A DNA stretch of 64,000 bases from Eledone cirrhosa. Taxonomy: Eukaryota. How positions within the stretch are numbered: the first letter of the stretch is position 1; each line of letters opens with the position of its first letter. The position numbers and the translations under genes were made by a program. Shown in pieces: positions 31,473 through 48,939 of this stretch. The stretch covers positions 1-64,000 of the forward strand of contig CAXHJY010000375.1 in NCBI GenBank assembly GCA_964016885.1. Direction: 5' to 3'. The notes under the pieces were generated by a model that made no database searches, was not told the DNA's origin, and saw only the letters and a list, made by a program, of their open reading frames with translations.

Positions 31473-31854
31473 ATACATTAACAGAGAAAGCTTTAAGCTA
31501 TACTCTGACTGGCTTCCATCTCACTCAACAAACATTAGGATATACCTTAGTATAATCCCAATTTTAAATTTGGGGTGCTAACTATGTGTATTTTGCGGAT
31601 AGCCAGTTCTTTTATTTTATACGAGACATAATTAAAATACATCTCCGTTTCCAAACAATTGTTTCATTATAAGTTTTCTACAAGTTGGGAAAATGTGTCC
31701 AGGTTATGTAGAAGCCTGCACATAGTCCATAGGAATATATGCAGGTGGGCACTTATAAATCATCAGTGGATGCCCGTCAAACATCGATAAAAAAAAAACT
31801 TTTCTTACCGATATCCAATGCCTGTATAGGATGGTATATATATATATATATATT

Positions 31855-32050
31855 AATTAAAATAACATATTAAAGTTTAAATCGCTGCTTTCACCCTTAA
31901 CGGGATCTTCTGAAACTAAAAAATTCAATCTGTGAACGCAGAAGTAAATATTTCAAAATACTTTGCAACCGAAGGAAGACAGGAGACGATACTTTATTTA
32001 TCCTTATCGAGCCCTATTTGCATTTTAGTCTTAAAATTTATTATTATTAC
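31855..32050. mobile_element. PLE-end fragment, CAGAAGA hammerhead-like family
   Basis: Homologous to 51318-51556 and 16315-16370. The minus strand reads agttt CAGAAGA tcccgttaagggt GAAA gca. Confidence 0.6.
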
Positions 32051-32071
32051 TATATATATATATATATAGTT

Positions 32072-32255
32072 TTAATATAGATGAGATTCTACAGGACTAG
32101 AACTGTTTCATTCATTAGAAATCATCCTGATGATTTCTAATGAATGAAACAGTTCTAGTCCTGTAGAATCTCATCTATATAAAATCTTTTATACTCTGCT
32201 ATGTATTGAGTACCTTACTTACTGTGGTTACCTCCGATTCAACCCGGAATAACGT
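32072..32255. mobile_element. Hammerhead-centred palindromic element
   Basis: Arms meet at tcatc|CTGATGA (32127). The core reads CTGATGA tttctaatgaat GAAACAG ttctagtc CTGTA gaatc. Near-identical to 51070-51265. Confidence 0.85.
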
Positions 32256-32260
32256 ATATA

Positions 32261-32300
<40 letters not shown>

Positions 32301-33188
32301 CACGTTTGATCTTGTACTGTTAGTACCTATAGCCAAAATTAGAATTGAAGAAGCCTCACTCATAGATACATGACAGAAATAAGAAACATAATATCAGTCA
32401 CACCTACACAGGTTTCTTTTGTGACATTCTATAAGCGTGCACCCCATGGATATCACAAACATGTTATCAATAGAGGTCCCTGACTCATGACAAAACATGT
32501 AATAGGACACGCTGCTCAAGAACAGCACACTCCAGTTCGTGCATCCAAAACCATGACCCTGTGATGGTGAAAACTAAAGCATGATCTCTTGTCCTAGTAT
32601 GTACATGAGTCTATGAGCCCGTTTAAAAATCATTCAAATTCCAATCTTTTCGCTCCTGCTCTACGTGTAATTCTTATAAAGAATTTTCAGCCTCTACTCC
32701 TGGTACCAATTGACCACCATTGGAATTAATGCAGTAAGTATCATAAATACTTGAAAGTTATTCCAATAGTCTATCATATAAACTCAGCCTTGTTCAAATT
32801 CTAATATTTACGATACTATAATACGTGTGTAAGTTCTTATCTATTTCCAACCTATTCGTCTAAATGAACTTAAGTTGGTTTTCTATGTTATGTTTTCCCA
32901 AGCATGATGAATGCGATGTGTTCTGATATGGTATATTGGCAAAATATCTGACACAGCTCTCTTGAGTATCAGAACGCTAGTTAGCCTTATCAGTCAGACA
33001 TAACCGAATAGGAAACATCGTGGAAACTAAATATAAATGTTGTTGTAAACAAACACAAGCAAATTAAATCATGTAACTCATACAGACACCGATACATATG
33101 TGTGCGATTGTATGTGTGTAGGGGGTTTGCTATATCTATATAGTTCCTAATTTTCACACATATGTGGGCGCACACACTCTAACATATA

Positions 33189-33280
<92 letters not shown>

Positions 33281-33454
33281 GAAGATCGACCATCAACTAC
33301 CATGGCGTGTATTAATGTCGAAGTGTAACTGACATCTCTTTATATTTTGAGACTTGTAGATGTATCTGACACTCTATAAGAGATTGAAAATGGCATTAGC
33401 TTCCCAATATATATATAATTATTTTTTGTTGGTGCCATATAAAGCAATAATTAG

Positions 33455-34020
33455 TGTAGGTAGAGTGTAGGACAATATGTATTGTGCCGTAGAGTTACAT
33501 CCCTTTACGTTCTGAGTTCAAATATGCCGAGGGTAGCTTTCATTTCATTCTCGTGGGGTCGGAAATATAAAGTACCAATAATTGTTTCTACTTTAGGCAC
33601 AAGGCCAGCAATTATCCCAGTGTATTACTGGTACTTTATTTTATCGACCCCGTAAGGATGAAAGGCAAAGTCAACCTCGGCGGGATTTGAACTCAGATGG
33701 TAAAGGGACGTAACCACGCTGGAAAGCATGGCGTCCGACCCTCTACCGATACTGCCAATCCACCGCCCTTATAAAGTACCAATAATGATTTGTAGTATAG
33801 GCACAAGGCTAGTAATTTGGGGAGAGGGGAAAGTCTATTAAATCGACCCAGTACGTTACTGGTGCTTTATTGTATCGACCCCGTAATGATGAAAGCAAAG
33901 TTTCCCTCGGCAGGATTTGAACTCATGTAAAGTACCAATAATGTAATGGACTCGATTTACTCAACATTACCCCACCCCAAAAGTGTTCGACATGTGCGTA
34001 AATCAGAAACCTTTATTATT
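33455..34020. mobile_element. Nested SINE cluster: old + copy split by two minus-strand copies (33583-33769, 33787-33925)
   Basis: Target (ta)taaagtaccaataat is present three times: 33566-33582, 33770-33786 and 33928-33942. Confidence 0.85.
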
Positions 34021-35956
34021 TGCAACATATCAGTCAGTTGTATGAAGGGAACGTTTGATGTTGACCTCATTAATTGATTGGTTCTTTATTTCATCGATTT
34101 CAGAAAGGATTGAAAAATTAAACCCCCCACCCACCGATGAATAGAAACAATCGCTACGATAAGTTTGAACGCAATTCACGTCAATGAAATTTCACTGAAA
34201 ACGGTCTTGTTTCACTTTATTTTATGGCTGAAGGCCAGGACTAACTCGTGTTTGTTAAACTCGTGTTTTCGGTAATCGTACAGTCTATTTATAGACCGTA
34301 CTAAGATCCCTTGCTGTTTGATGCAACGAAGTATATATGGTTGTTGTATGTGTTATTTGATGTGGAAAACATTCGATATGATATTAATGACGACAAACTT
34401 TTCTTTTCTTTATGGCGAGGTTCCGAGGTGAGAACCATTTCGACTCTAATAGGTTAGTCAGGAGTTAATTTTTTTCCCAGATCTGGTTGGATTGCTTCAA
34501 ACAAGATTAAGGTCAGCTGATGGTCTTCTACCGGTCAGTTTTATGGCTAGTACAACAAAATGAAATAAAAGTACGTGGCACCTTCACCACACATGTTTTC
34601 CCTTTTGGCTGTCTCTCCTGATATGGATCATTTATAGAATAGTACATGCTTGCTGTATTCTCAAAATAGGAGTTATTTATGGATTGCGATCGAATTAAAC
34701 AAAAATGAAATTGGAATGTGTAGAGATAACGAGAGATAATGGAAGGGGAGTTGGATGAGGGGAAATAAATCAATAAATAACACATTAAATACATAAAAAA
34801 GCTATTTTAAAAAGATAAATGACTGAATTAGTAAATTAAGATGGATGGTGTTGGAGAAGTTGTTGATGGTGGTAGGTTTGATATCGTGCAAAGGGATGAA
34901 ATTTGCTGACATTCAGCAGACTATGGTTATTGATGAAAGGGTTGTGGTGGGTTGGGTGTAAACACATGCTTTTTGTCATGAATAGTTTGAGGTAGAAGAG
35001 TTATTTTGATACAAGAAATAACGAGTTCTTTATTCTGGTTCTATATTGTTGTAGAATGATGAGGATACATTTAGATGGCATATCATCTCTAAGGAGAGGT
35101 GGGAATGTATTCATGCTGGAAAACGCTGGGCTGTACGAGTGATATAAAATTGGTATATTGATTTCTAATTAAAGCACAAGACCCGTAAAATGGATAAAGA
35201 GAAATTGGATATATATCTAAACTAGTATTTGGCTGAGATTTTTTATCGACCCCGGATGGATAAATGACCACGTTGATTTTCCTATGATCCCAAATCATAA
35301 ATAATATGGCGGAACGGTTGCGCAAATCATATATCTGATCCTTTAAATAATCTGCCTTACCATCGCGCTAATGAATTCTGATATATTATAAAGAAAACCA
35401 CATAGACTGAGATTTGTAGACACATATACATACACATTTCATACAAGCCATCAGAATTATTTGCACAAAATTTACAATTTATTCTAATTGTGTATAATCT
35501 TTTATTAGTTATTTGCTTCCATCGTAATATTAGTTGAGAGGAAATAGTTCAGAGTTCTCTCATGGAACAAACCGTTTATACCCTCCATATATAAAAGAGT
35601 ATCTGATATGATCCTTAAAAAAAAATCATCGATTTGTGATATATTATTTAGAGCTTATATTTGGGAAAAGGGCCGTGTGTACAGCAATAGCTGCGTGATT
35701 AATTAATTTGGTTGGCGACAACGTGTTTCCTCGTTCAGTCAAACTGTACGGCAGATTGAAAAGATGGATGGAAGTCCGTATATGAAACTCATCGGGTGTA
35801 TGTGTTTGGGGGAGAGGGAGTGAGAGAGTGACTGGGTGTGTCTCATAGTATTTGCTTGGGTTTCGATTGTGATTATGTCCCGAAAATGATCTGCTTCGGC
35901 AAAATAAGATATTAGCACCAACATAAAACTCGGGCTTCCAGAATAACCACGTTATA

Positions 35957-36146
35957 ATTGTTTCTACTTTTGGCACAAGGCCAGCAATTAATCCAGTGTA
36001 TTACTGGTACTTTATTTTATCGCACCCGTAACGATGAAAGGCAAAGTTAACCTCGGAGGGATTTGAACTCAGTATGACAAGGGCCGTAACTCTATGCGTC
36101 AAAGCATGGCGTCCGACCCTCTACCGATACTGCCAATCCACCGCCC
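35957..36146 (-). mobile_element. SINE family A
   Basis: Full-length match, with imperfect TSD ataaccacgttat / ataaccacattat. Confidence 0.9.
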
Positions 36147-36234
36147 TTTATAACCACATTATTATGGCAGTAAGTACTGCATGGATAACATCCGTAATTC
36201 TAAAGGCTCTTGAGTTTAAGGTATATATATATAT

Positions 36235-36358
<124 letters not shown>

Positions 36359-36379
36359 GAATATATATATGTGTATATA

Positions 36380-36476
<97 letters not shown>

Positions 36477-36692
36477 GTGTATATATAAGTATGTACACGC
36501 ACATACATATATGTATACAGACGTACAGTAGTATGTATATGTATATACATACATGCACACATATATATATGTACGTATGGATTCACCGAACATTTATTAT
36601 AATGCTCGGTGTGTTTGTAAACAAACATCCCGTATTAAGCCGTAGTGTCCAGCAACCATCGTTGCTCGTTTATTCAACACTGACAAAGGAAA

Positions 36693-36731
36693 GCTGTAGT
36701 AGTTTCAAGCTTATTAGCTATCATCAGCAAC
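36693..36731 (-). ncRNA. Minimal hammerhead with helix III mismatch
   Basis: Minus strand reads gttg CTGATGA tagct-aata-agctt GAAAC tacTA cagc. Same family as 37663. Confidence 0.65.
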
Positions 36732-37110
36732 GTATACATTCCTGCCAGATTGTTGAACGTATATACTTACCTTATGCATATTAACGGCTGAGTAGCCCAA
36801 TTTGCATATCTAGTGGGTTAATCCGCCGGGTGCACCGAATACGATAAACAGGAAAAATGAAACGAAATTTCATTTCCCACTCTTAGTACGGCTGTTACTT
36901 AAATATAAGTATGTACACGCACATACATATATGTATACAGACGCACATACATATATGTATAGCCTTGTTTCGCTTTTGTTGAAGCTTATCAAGGCTAACT
37001 ACCCTCCTGTCTACTGAGATTACTGATGTTATATTCTTATAGAATTCTAGTCAATAATCAGGAACTGATTATACAGAGCGATAGTTGGACAGGCAGAAAT
37101 AAAAAAAATT

Positions 37111-37174
<64 letters not shown>

Positions 37175-37223
37175 TCAGGAACTGATTATACAGAGCGATT
37201 GTTGGTCAGGCAGAAATTAAAAA

Positions 37224-37263
<40 letters not shown>

Positions 37264-37292
37264 GTACATATATAAATATATATATATATAAG

Positions 37293-38190
<898 letters not shown>

Positions 38191-38196
38191 TACATA

Positions 38197-38231
<35 letters not shown>

Positions 38232-38296
38232 GTACATATGTATATATATATATATATACGTACATATGTATATATATATATACGTACATATATATA

Positions 38297-38386
<90 letters not shown>

Positions 38387-38959
38387 GTATAGAGGGAGAT
38401 AGAAAGAGAGAGTGAGAGATTCTCGGGATGACGTCGATTGCATCAATTTATGGAATAACACTAAACGTAAACCATCTCTCAAAACGATGTAAACAGCGTC
38501 CTCAATTAAAGAAACCTGAGGAAACGGAACACAAGCATTAATAAACTAATATAAAACTAACCTATGAAAAATATACGTGTAAAGTAAGTTAATACTGTCA
38601 GACAAAACAAAGGTGCATGCGAAGTATATCAACTTTAGACGGAATACTGAAGAAAACATATAGATCCAAAGAACGCATTCGTGAGAAACGAATCGCTGTT
38701 AAACATTGGTTTTCACGATTCTCTTTTGTATATATTGAGTACGATATGTCTCTTTGTTTGACGAACTGAAATATTTCAATATGTATGTAAGCATGCAATT
38801 CTTATTTTTCTGTCTGTTCTTGATTTGCTCAGATATTCTAACAGTTGCTCTCCCCTCACAAAAACATGTATATTATTCACCATATGGTACTGTAAAGTGT
38901 TTGCTATGTTAAGGCGCTTCATTTGAACAAATATTTTTTTTATAAACAGAGCATGAACG

Positions 38960-39300
38960 CTTGCTGTTGCTTTATCAAATTCCTTCCATTCTTTTGAGAA
39001 TACTTATGGACGGTCTGGCAAAATCCTTTATTTGTTTTCCTGAAGTTCGATTCAAGGAAACCTCAACTTTCTCCCGTGTCTTAAATGTTGACCGTGTCTC
39101 TACTGTTTCTGTTGTGACATTTCACACCTGTTTCTACCGTATCGTTCATGTAGGAAATGAGACTTATTTGCGAGCCAAGCTTTGTAAGCTTACTTCTATT
39201 TTGTAATGGCATCTTTAACCATATCATTTAACCAAAGAGCCCACATGGGCACGAATTAAATCTGCATTGAACAGCTCACACAGAAACTGCGGAGCTGAAC
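38960..39300 (-). pseudogene. RTE-like LINE ORF relic
   Basis: Minus frame WLNDMVKDAITK*K*AYKAWLANKS resembles the WWNxEVKxAIxxKKxAYKxW linker between the APE and RT domains. Confidence 0.5.
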
Positions 39301-39706
39301 TGTATTCATTCGGTTTCAAAGACTTCAGTTTGCTGAGGGAGTTCTCTGAATTGGATACAATAGTTTGTATCCACAATGTTCCTCACTTCATTACCTGCTA
39401 ACGCTGAATAGGTTACATTAGCTAAGAAAAAACAAGAGCCGCTTTCAAAGGTCTTGAGGGAAAACAATAACCAAGGAGATTTGTGTAGGTGTTTTCTCTG
39501 GAATTACCCTAGACGTTCGCCTCATACTATTTAAGAAGATTACTTTGAATAGTCTGCACGTTATCATTAATATGAACTTTTGTTGTTGTTAAATCTACCG
39601 ATTCTTTTGAATTCCTTTCTTTACTAGATATAGACAATACCGTGTCGTTTGTCGTCGTCTCAAAAGTCTTGCATTCCTGTGACCAATAAAAGTAATTATT
39701 ATTATT

Positions 39707-40283
39707 GTGAATTGGCAGTATCGGTGGAGGGGTGGACGCCATGCTTTCTAGCATAGTTACGTCCCTTTAGGGTCTGAGATCAAATCCCGCTGAGGTTAAC
39801 TTTACCCTTCATCCTTACGGGATCGATAAAATAAAGTACCAGTCACGCACTGAATTCGTTTTAAACGACTTTCCGCTCCCCAAAAATTGCTGGCCTTGTG
39901 CCCATATAAGAAACCATTATTATTATTATCGGTAGAGGGTCGGACGCCATGCTTTCCAGCATAGTTACGTCCCTTTATGATCTGAGTTCAAATACCGCCG
40001 AGGTTGACTTTGCCTTTCATCCTTACGTGGTCGATAAAATAAAGTACCAGTAATGCACTGGGTGATTGCTGGCCTTGTGCCTAAAGTAGAAACAATTATT
40101 ATTATTATTATTATTATGCTTTGACGCATAGAGTTACGGCCCTTGTCATTCTGAGTTCAAATCCCGGAGAGTTTAACTTTGCGTTTCATCCTTACGGGGT
40201 CGATAAAATAAAGTACCAGTAATGCACTGGTTATTTGCTGGCCTTGTGCCAAAAGTAGAAACAATTATTAATATTATTATTAT
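39707..40283 (+). mobile_element. Tandem trimer of SINE family A separated by (ATT)n tails
   Basis: Units 39707-39928, 39929-40115 and 40116-40283, each more 5'-truncated than the last. Confidence 0.9.
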
Positions 40284-40500
40284 TTGCATTTATCTTGCTT
40301 TATGTTTATACGAGTTATCACCAAGTCACAACCAGTGACCTCAAGAGACAACAAGGTCCGCCATGTTCAAGAAAGAACACACATATTCACACATGCATCC
40401 TTAGTGTTTAGACTTGTGATGTACTTATATTGACAGGATCTTCCTTAGTATATGGGCAGTTCCCATTAGTACTATCTTTTGTATTTCTCCTATACGCGGG
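40284..40500 (-). mobile_element. Dong/R4-type LINE 3' end inserted in (TAA)n
   Basis: C-terminal IGEIQKIVLMGTAHILRKILS, short UTR, and (TAA)n on both sides (40501-40570). Confidence 0.75.
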
Positions 40501-40569
<69 letters not shown>

Positions 40570-40920
40570 GTTGTTGTTGTTAAAATAATGTCGTTTTGTG
40601 TGGCAAACAAGGAGTATATTGTTATTGTTATTACCAATATTATTATAGATATTATTATTAGTATTATTGATATCATTTGTATTCATATCGTCCTTTCTTG
40701 AGAAAAGTATAGCAACATTCTAATCGGATTAGGTAACGTTTATATTTTTAATCGATAAAGATGGAAATGCGTACAAGGTATCGATAAAAACATGTTTTCT
40801 TATAAATTTTTTTCCAATGAATGCACACATGCGATATATTATGTCAAGTTTTGCAGTTATGTTCTGGAACTATAGCAGCTTTCTGGAATATTGTTTTCCT
40901 ATTGTCTATTTTACGACAAT

Positions 40921-41460
<540 letters not shown>

Positions 41461-41641
41461 TGCGTGCGTGTCACTGTTTAACATATATCATTTTTCTTTC
41501 GACAGGCAATCGTATTTTTCTCTCTATCAAATAAAAGATTTGAATTTGCAAACATGAGTGAAAATCCCAATAGTTAGATGATACAGGAAGTTTCATAAGT
41601 GCACTGCAGTCACTGTTATTGCTGCACAGTTCTGATGAATA

Positions 41642-44167
<2,526 letters not shown>

Positions 44168-44168
<1 letters not shown>

Positions 44169-44321
44169 CGTTTCTGAATTTGTTTAGCAAGATTCTTTAT
44201 CTGAAATCGTGTGTTGAAACCGATATTGTTATACTTTGGGAGGGTCATATTATAATAAATTGAAGTGAAAGCAACTGGTGCGTGTGTTTCTTATTGGCAA
44301 CATAACCCTCCCAAAGTATAA

Positions 44322-44325
<4 letters not shown>
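44168..44325. mobile_element. PLE terminal fragment with short internal inversion
   Basis: attgttatactttgggagggt is inverted as accctcccaaagtataacaat. Related to 46960-47336 and 58160-58240. Confidence 0.65.
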
Positions 44326-44361
<36 letters not shown>

Positions 44362-44532
44362 ATATAAATATAGTATTAAGGATACTATTTATGGTTATGT
44401 ATATAATAAAACCTTTTATGGTTATATATATTTAAACTCTAAATAGTGAAATACAGTAATTCATTACTATCTTATTACCAGTAAGATAAATAGCTCAATG
44501 TAATAACATCAGTTGTTTTACAGTGCAGTTAT

Positions 44533-44862
44533 ATAGAAATTACATGAATCAAAGTTCAGTTTAGATCATTTATTTGCTTACAATTGTTTCCTCCAAACCG
44601 AGGTTTGGATTCTTCGGAGCAACCATTTAGTGATTTATCACATACTTGACCTCCTTATCAACACAAGAGACATACAAAAACATATGTATATATTGACCCA
44701 CAGTGGGTTGACATCCATCATAATGATATAGCATGGCAATTTACATACAAAGGTTACATTCATATTAAAGGACAAAATTAAAGTTGTTTAAAGCAAATAA
44801 ATTAAAGATTTTTAAAGCAAATAAATGATTTAAACTGAACTTTGATTCATGTAATTTCTATA
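44533..44862 (-). mobile_element. PLE 3'-end with inverted terminal copy
   Basis: 44533-44578 is inverted at 44816-44862. Homologous to 4920-5110. Confidence 0.7.
44574..44622 (-). ncRNA. Minimal hammerhead, U4C core variant
   Basis: Minus strand reads ttgct CCGAAGA a-tccaaacc-tc-ggtttgga-g GAAAC aatt GTA agcaa. Confidence 0.8.
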
Positions 44863-46497
44863 TATATGAATATATATATATATATACATATATATCAGTG
44901 TGGAATGGGGTAGATATTGAGTACATCTGTTTACCGCTCCTGAAAAACGATAAAATAATTAATATATAACGGTTTCTGCTCCACCTTTCAAAACTGTGAG
45001 AGAGAATAGTGAGAGAATTTAGAAAAGTATGACTTTACAAAATGGATAATAACTTATGTTAATATCATTGCTGTTAAGGATATATAAGCAACATATCTAA
45101 TATCGCCGTTTTTTTCTGTGTCACGAAGTAAACCTTTGTAATATGATTATTAATTACAACGTAAGCGTATGCATATATAGAAGTATACAACGATCTTTCT
45201 ATTTATATACTATACTGTTGTCTTTTTTGTGTGTGCGCCAACTTGAATTACACGCTCCTTAGTTAAAAATGCAGAAATGCTGAAAGTAGAGTATAAAAAT
45301 ATAACATCATTAACGTGAGTTCTCCTAACACTCACGAGAATCACATGATTCTTTTGAGCCAATTTAATTCTTTGATTAGAAATCTCATAAAACACATCGT
45401 TGATCTTTCCTTCTGTTACTGGTTTCATCGCGGTGAACGGTCTATAAGATGTTTACCCAATCGTCAATACACCAGTGATTTCTTTTTCATGTCTCTTACT
45501 TTATAGATCTGGTTTTCAGCTAAATTACTAGGGATAAGAACCCAGAGTTATGGATAGATAATGAGACACACATACAATCACTCACATACACTATGAATCT
45601 CACAAAATATATATGTATAAATTTTGGTTTTCCTTACAATTTAACAAGTAAATATATATCCTGATAAATTCCCTTGAACTATGAAATCATAAACGAACTT
45701 ATATTGAAATTCAAGTGATAAGGTGTATTATTTATTCCAAATTAAAAACAATTATTTTTATGTTATTTTGTACACTACCAAAGGGAAACTTGCAACACCA
45801 GCGACACCAGCACACATACCACTGATATTCTACCACCTAATCTCAATGAAAATTAGTCAACCATAGCTAATTTATTGAGGCACTTGCTCAGTGGGCCACA
45901 CGATGAGATCGAACTTTATTCTTTGAGAAGAAACATGTTTAACTACAGAGCCAAGTGTTCGCCATTATCTGACCAAATAAAAAATGAATGAATATTTCGA
46001 AACCAATACTTTAAAATACAGACAGATCAAAGAAACCTATATTTGTATCGATCTTTGGTATTGTGAATTTGGTTTACATTTCGAGTGCACAAACTATGTT
46101 TGCAACTTGAAATTATATGAGAATTGTAATTAATCGCCTCAACAATAATTACAGTTAGATAGTTTTCTCATATGGAAATATTCTGAAATATATTTTCTAT
46201 TATTTTTTTGTATACAGACATGTGATTGATCAATTGCCTCGCTCTATCGCATCACTAGCTATATAAATTTGTATTTTCTCGCTAAATCTATTGGGCTATG
46301 AATATATGAATTGATATATGTTTGTACGCTCATGTGTATTTATGGTGGGGGGTACATATTTATATGTTCATCTTAAAGCATACATATCCTTACTCTCTAT
46401 ATACACGATGAAGAGGTTGGTTGAGCACATATATTGTGCATGGTCATTCAGTTAATGTTGGGTAGCCTTTAAGAATTCAAAGAACTCTCATCTCTGT

Positions 46498-46576
<79 letters not shown>

Positions 46577-46903
46577 TGTGTGTGTGTGTGTGGGAGCGTG
46601 TGTGTGTGTGTGTGGGTGTATGTGTGCGCGCGCGTGTGTGTCTAATAAAGACACACGGTTCTTGCCGACAGATAGAACATGTTCTACTATCAAGAACATT
46701 TTGGCCTCCTCAGAAAAAAAGAAATTCAGCATATTAGAACAATAATCTCTTTTGGAAAGATTTCCAAATATTCTGGTGTATAATAGATAATCTAAAATTA
46801 ATAGGTGCTCACATTTATTCGAGTTGTTTTATGCGCAATGAAATACAGTAATAACATGTAATATATGTAGACATCTATGTCTATCTCTGTTTATTTGTGT
46901 TCA

Positions 46904-46959
<56 letters not shown>

Positions 46960-46966
<7 letters not shown>

Positions 46967-47332
46967 ATACTTTGGGAGGGTCATGTTGCCAATAAGAAAC
47001 ACACCCACCATATGTTTTCATGTCAATTTATTATGAATTTCCGGTTGGTTGTTTGGTTCTATGATCGGATGTTTGTTCATATATTGTCAAAGTTATTTCG
47101 TCGCACATTCTAAAAAGAAAAGAATCTCCAGTCACGGAAGAGGTCACAGAATGTGAGACGAAAGAACCTTCCACAATATATGAACCAACCAACCGGACAT
47201 TTATAATAGATTGAAGTGAAAACACTGGTGCGTGTTTTTCTTATTGTCAAACATGAGCCTCCCACATTATAACAATATCGGTTTCAACACACGTTTTCAG
47301 ATAAGGAATCTTGCTAAAGAAATTCAGAAACG

Positions 47333-47336
<4 letters not shown>
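46960..47336. mobile_element. Palindromic PLE-end element in TA tracts
   Basis: 46960-47110 and 47148-47278 are diverged inverted arms. The tail matches 44168-44260. Confidence 0.7.
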
Positions 47337-47369
<33 letters not shown>

Positions 47370-48693
47370 ATTATATTATTGATGTTGTTTTAGTGATCTT
47401 AATTATATTATTAATATATTTATCTTTATCTTTTAGGTGCACTCTTTGAAGAAGAAAATGTATCGCAAGAATTGGCATTCCGTTCTGCGATTGAAAAAAT
47501 CAATCTTCTGAGTGAAATAATACCAAACAGCCTCCTTATTGAAGATGTTCAACACGTCCGCACCCATGATAGCTTCCATGCATCCCGCAGAGGTAGGTAA
47601 TATTTTGGATTTAAGAAAATTGAACAACACTTTTAATTTAATTTATTTGTAATATAATGAGAAGAAAAGACAAAATATTATTATAATAAAAAGTAAAAAA
47701 ATAAGAAAAGGTTGGGGAAATCACATCACTGTTTGTCTAACGCTTCTCACCGTAGGATCAATTGTATTTAAATGAATTTGCTCACAGACCACAAAGCAAA
47801 TATTATCCCGATCTACAATGATATCAAAAGAGAGAAATATAGATACTTAGAGTAGAAGGATAGCCTATATACATATGTATTATAGTATACCGAAATTATA
47901 TGAACATTTAAAATTAAATCACGAGATGCTCCGTCTCGTAGATCGCTGAACCATAGACTGGAATGGCGGTTCTTCATACTTGGCTGGTCAGCTGTACTCC
48001 GCGGAAAACCTGACCAATGATTGACCGTATAAAACGCACAGTGATACGGCTTATTCAACTATTCCATCACACGGGCCACTTCATCAAGTATGATTCCATC
48101 ATTAGATTTATTGGAGGAAAACAGAAGAAATAAAGTCAATTATTTTATAGAAGCTTGTAATAAAATATTATAAGAGAAATACGATATATATTCGAGTTTT
48201 TTTCAGAAACTGTCTCATACATATATGAGTCAACTTGTGAGGCATGTATGCGAACATACGAAAAATGTTGAACCGATGGAAGGAGGGGTGGAGTACACCA
48301 CAGGATCTCAAACCTCGCACTACTTTCAATAGGGTCGGCTCTTCTAAATGTACCCCATAGGGTGTGATATAGTCGAATATGGACCTGACTCTAGCGTACC
48401 ATCAGAAATGATAAACGCAGTGTCCTCACCAAAGCTTCATTCATGTGTCTACGATAGATGAAACTTGTCCACCACTTGTCCTTGACTTGTTGAAGCACTA
48501 ACAACCAAGTTGGGAAGAAAACATTGAAACCAGCCATTCAAAACTATGCCATTACAGTTATTATCGTAAATATTAATGTTGATAATAATGGAACTGATAG
48601 CGTCTTTGCGAATAGAATGTATACAATCTCAGAATAACTTATTTGCTTCTCTGGGCTGTCATCTTATGCTCGTATCATGTAACTTGGAATGTG

Positions 48694-48782
<89 letters not shown>

Positions 48783-48939
48783 ATATATATATATGTATAT
48801 ATATATATTTATATATATATATGAGGGAGAGAGTGTGTGTGTGTGTGTGTGTGTGTTTGCATGTACGGGGTCGAATTACGAAAGTCGTTAGAGCGTTGTG
48901 TTGTTGGATTTTGGCTTATAACCTAGCCAGAGGGATCTG

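Noticed and set aside
47435-47620. Tc1/mariner transposase C-terminal relic (CMEAIMGAD)
   Set aside because: Too short and degenerate to support without a database search.
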